The notes below the pieces were generated by a model. It was not told the origin of the DNA and did not search any database. It saw only the letters and a program-made list of their open reading frames with translations. Positions 58,785-64,000 of a DNA stretch of 64,000 nt are shown one piece after another (the stretch's first letter is position 1; every line of letters starts with the position of its first letter). The position numbers and the translations under genes were made by a program. Source of the stretch: an uncultured Rhodospirillaceae bacterium (lineage in GTDB: Bacteria > Pseudomonadota > Alphaproteobacteria > SP197); contig CAZGYG010000001.1 of assembly GCA_964530335.1 (NCBI GenBank), forward strand, positions 79,770 to 143,769. The letters run 5' to 3'.

Positions 58785-60671
58785 ATGTCCCTCGCCAGCC
58801 CGACTGACGCCGAACGCCGCCTGATCGCGTGCGCGGCGAAGGGCGAAGTCTTTAGAGCCGGCACCGACGTGCCGCCCGACGTGGAGGACGCGACGCGCGA
58901 CATCGACGGCGCGCTCGTCGCCACCCTGATCGCGGGTGATGGGCCCGATTGGCCCATCCATCGCTTCGGCGTACGGGTGACGGGCGCGCGCATAATCGGC
59001 GACGTAGACCTCACCGGCGCAAAGGCTGCCGCAGCGGCCGAATTTCTTCTCTGTCGTCTGACTAACGACGTAACCCTCGGTAACGCTACCGTACGATCGT
59101 TCGCGTTGCTGCATTGCGAGGCGAATGGCTTCGATGCTTCCGAATTGCGAACCGGCGGTTCAATCGACCTAACCGGAACTTCGTTTCGAGCGAACGTCAG
59201 CCTCTTTGGAGCAGACATCGGTGGCGAATTCTTGGCCAACGGCGCCAAGTTCACTATGAAGAAAGGCAACGCGCTGTCCTGCGACCGCATGACCGTGAAG
59301 GGGAGCGTGAGACTCAACAGCGCGGAATTCGCGGCCGAGGTGCGGTTCGGCGGAGCCGCCATCGGCGGCCAGTTCTCCGCCGACGGCGCCAAGTTCACCG
59401 GGACGGAAGGCAACGCGCTCAACTGCGACGGCATGACCGTGAAGGGTGACGTGTTTCTCGACGACAAAGCGGAGTTCGCGCGCGAGGTGAGGTTCCTTGG
59501 AGCCGACATCGGCGGCCAGTTCTCCGCCGACGGCGCCAAGTTCACCGCGAAGAAAGGCAATGCGCTGTCCTGCGACGGCATGACCGCGAAAGGGGACGTG
59601 AGACTCGACAGAGCGGAATTTGCGCGCGAAGTCCGGTTCGGCGGAGCCGTCATCGGCGGCCAGTTCTCCGCCAACGTCGCCAAGTTCAGCGCGACGGAAG
59701 GCAGCGCGCTCGCCTGCGACGGCATGTCCGTAAAGGGGGCCGTGTTTCTCCGCGAAGCGGAGTTCGCGGGCGCCGTCAGGTTTCCCGCGGCGAAGCTTAA
59801 GAGCGACCTCGATATGATCGATGCAAGGTTCCTGGCAGGCGCCTCATTCATAGGGCAGGCATTGGAGGTCAATGGAGTGCTGTTGTGGCGCCCGAAGGAA
59901 ATCGACGAGACCGTGGTCGTCACTCTCTATCTCGCCAAAGTAGGGCAACTCGCCGATCATCTGGACGCTTGGCCGAATGGGAGGACCATCCTAGATGGCC
60001 TCGTATACGAAAGGTTCGCGTCCGATACCGCGACTCGTGCGCCTAAGCGAATAGCCTGGCTCAAACGGCAGCCACCGAAGCACCTAGGAAAGGACTTCCG
60101 GCCGCAACCCTGGGAACAGCTTTACGCGGTCCTCAGGCGCGAGGGTCACGAGGATGATGCGAAAGAGGTCGGGATCGAGAAGCAAAGGGCGTTGCGGTCC
60201 AGCGGGACGCTCGGCTGGAGGCAGCGCCTCTGGAACCGGATTCTCGACGAGACCGTGAGGTTTGGCTTTCGGCCGGCGTGGTCTCTTCGCTGGATTCTCG
60301 GTTTCTGGCTCTTGGGCATGTTTATTTTCGCACTGGGCTACGACAATGGAATCGTGTTGCCTTCACGCGAGCGTGTCTACCTCGATCCGGAATTTCGAGA
60401 GTGCTTCGACGGAAGCCAGCCGCCCAGCTCGTACCGAGCGCAACTCGAGGATTGTCTCAGTCCCGCGTACCCACGGTACTCTTGGATTTTCTATTCGCTT
60501 GATGTGTTCCTGCCGATCGTCGACCTGCATCAGGAAACCTATTGGCTGCCGCACCCGGAACCTTGGTGGGGCTGGTTCTTCAGGGTCTATTTCTGGTTCC
60601 ACATCCTGGCCGGATGGTTCCTGACGACGATAGCGGTGCTCGGGTTCACCGGCGCGGTGAAGCGGGAGTGA
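58785..60671 (+). CDS. Repeat-containing (beta-solenoid-like) protein with a C-terminal multi-TM domain; function unknown
   Basis: 628 aa. The N-terminal 140 aa are followed by four 48/49-aa repeats (aa 141-333). A conserved-looking linker follows (LDGLVYERF...IAWLKRQPP...FRPQPWEQLYAVLRREGHEDDAKEV). The C-terminus has Trp/Phe-rich TM helices (WSLRWILGFWLLGMFIFALGY; WWGWFFRVYFWFHILAGWFLTTIAVLGF). The SD is weak, so the exact start is uncertain. Confidence 0.7.
   Translation: MSLASPTDAERRLIACAAKGEVFRAGTDVPPDVEDATRDIDGALVATLIAGDGPDWPIHRFGVRVTGARIIGDVDLTGAKAAAAAEFLLCRLTNDVTLGNATVRSFALLHCEANGFDASELRTGGSIDLTGTSFRANVSLFGADIGGEFLANGAKFTMKKGNALSCDRMTVKGSVRLNSAEFAAEVRFGGAAIGGQFSADGAKFTGTEGNALNCDGMTVKGDVFLDDKAEFAREVRFLGADIGGQFSADGAKFTAKKGNALSCDGMTAKGDVRLDRAEFAREVRFGGAVIGGQFSANVAKFSATEGSALACDGMSVKGAVFLREAEFAGAVRFPAAKLKSDLDMIDARFLAGASFIGQALEVNGVLLWRPKEIDETVVVTLYLAKVGQLADHLDAWPNGRTILDGLVYERFASDTATRAPKRIAWLKRQPPKHLGKDFRPQPWEQLYAVLRREGHEDDAKEVGIEKQRALRSSGTLGWRQRLWNRILDETVRFGFRPAWSLRWILGFWLLGMFIFALGYDNGIVLPSRERVYLDPEFRECFDGSQPPSSYRAQLEDCLSPAYPRYSWIFYSLDVFLPIVDLHQETYWLPHPEPWWGWFFRVYFWFHILAGWFLTTIAVLGFTGAVKRE
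59205..59783 (+). repeat. Four in-frame tandem DNA repeats of 144/147 bp inside the CDS
   Basis: Units start at 59205, 59349, 59496 and 59640. Units 2 and 3 share an identical 40-nt run, ATCGGCGGCCAGTTCTCCGCCGACGGCGCCAAGTTCACCG, at 59361-59400 and 59508-59547. Confidence 0.9.
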
Positions 60672-60710
60672 GAGTGCGACGGGCACAATGCGGACCGCGT
60701 GCCGCCCGCC

Positions 60711-60805
60711 CCCTTCGACGCCGCCTGCGGCGTCGCTCAGGACAGGCTTCGAGACGGCCGCTTCGCGGCCTCCTCAGGGCGAACGGCATCAACAGTGGCC
60801 GTTCG
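60711..60805. repeat. Cluster of three GC-rich hairpins (REP-like) downstream of the repeat-protein gene
   Basis: GACGCCG-CCTG-CGGCGTC (60717-60734). GGCCGC-TTC-GCGGCC (60756-60770). CGAACGGC-N10-GCCGTTCG (60780-60805). The string CCCTTCGAC...GCTCAGGACAGGC resembles a common alphaproteobacterial intergenic repeat. Confidence 0.5.
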
Positions 60806-60963
60806 TGGTGAGGAGGTTGGCCGCGCAGCGGACGACCGTCCCGAACCGCGAATGACCCACCGCACGCGGCCAGTTCCGATCGGACGAGACCCACCTTAGA
60901 CGATGGTTTCCACCGCGGCGCCCGCTCGCCTATAGTGCGCGCCCTGACATTCCCGGAGCGCCG

Positions 60964-63819
<2,856 letters not shown>

Positions 63820-63826
63820 GCCTCCG

Positions 63827-64000
63827 TCAGAACCACTTGAACCGCTTGAGCACCCACAGCTCGATCGGGATGATGATCAGGATCGCCAGGCACAGGAAGG
63901 CGAATGCCCACGGCCCCTGATTCCCGGGAATCCCGCCCAGGTTGGCGCCGAAGATGCCGGCCAGCAGACTCGGCGGCAGGACCAGCGCGGCCAGGATCGA
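63827..64000 (-). CDS. CorA/ZntB-family divalent-cation transporter, C-terminal 57 codons (the rest lies outside the window)
   Basis: It is not in the ORF track because it is too short. The reverse strand reads ...SILAALVLPPSLLAGIFGANLGGIPGNQGPWAFAFLCLAILIIIPIELWVLKRFKWF*. There are two terminal TM helices joined by a G-x-N loop followed by GGIPG, as in ZntB. The stop is TGA, the complement of 63827-63829. Confidence 0.6.
   Translation of the reverse strand, partial: SILAALVLPPSLLAGIFGANLGGIPGNQGPWAFAFLCLAILIIIPIELWVLKRFKWF

Noticed and set aside
59205-59783. Whether the regular direct repeats could be a CRISPR array.
   Set aside because: The repeats are contiguous with no unique spacers. 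The period of 144/147 bp is far larger than a CRISPR repeat, they maintain one reading frame inside a long CDS, and no cas genes are present.
58640-59923. A 427-aa minus-strand ORF antisense to the repeat-protein gene, itself repetitive (…NSALSSLTSPF.VMPSQDSALPF…).
   Set aside because: Its repetitiveness is simply the mirror of the plus-strand repeats. Its composition is Ser/Pro/Ala-rich, and it has no plausible start context. The plus frame continues into a coherent linker and membrane domain with G/C-rich third positions. The call remains formally testable by proteomics.
60843-60857. GAAC-N7-GACC upstream of uvrA, resembling the alphaproteobacterial LexA box (GAAC-N7-GAAC / GTTC-N7-GTTC).
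   Set aside because: The second repeat is imperfect and lies about 105 nt from the ATG. No comparable site was found upstream of ssb. It is left as unproven.

Overview
This is a 64-kb stretch of a high-G+C chromosome. Hand counts in core genes give about 70% G+C. The gene content looks alphaproteobacterial, possibly Rhodospirillales-like, but that assignment is inference only: sdhE-mfd facing recG, MucR/Ros, BamE next to a Cbp3-type chaperone, H+-pyrophosphatase, and nrdR-ribD-ribE-ribH-nusB-thiL.

I support about 60 protein genes, one tRNA-Ser(UGA), two short gene relics, several hairpin terminators, three families of REP/MITE-like intergenic repeats and one candidate riboswitch. I saw no rRNA, CRISPR array, transposase, integrase, phage gene or recognisable defence system.

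Most of the window is ordinary core metabolism and DNA repair:
- mfd, recG, ssb, uvrA
- the riboflavin/thiamine block
- a liv branched-chain amino-acid ABC operon
- gcdH, valine catabolism, metY, hemB

The parts worth a second look are:
1. A 5.5-kb segment wedged between ssb and uvrA. It carries an orphan TPR membrane protein, an OmpR/HK pair and a lower-G+C gene for a 628-aa beta-solenoid-like membrane protein. That protein is built from four near-identical 144/147-bp tandem repeats, and the gene is bracketed by REP-like hairpin clusters.
2. A 149-bp foldback (MITE-like) element with an 8-bp target duplication that regenerates the stop codons of both convergent flanking genes.
3. A PleD/PopA-architecture protein with a dead GGDEF site (GGATF) but an intact RxxD I-site.
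4. A leaderless GH46/chitosanase-like orphan.
5. A candidate SAM-II riboswitch ahead of metY.
6. A polyamine-type ABC transporter plus enolase-superfamily cassette that splits a valine-catabolic operon.
7. Clusters rich in SDR paralogues of unknown pathway.
8. Two perfect-looking short tandem duplications in 5' regions.

Many very long ORFs in the six-frame track are high-G+C antisense or off-frame artefacts and were rejected. All functional calls rest on motif recognition by eye. No database search was run.
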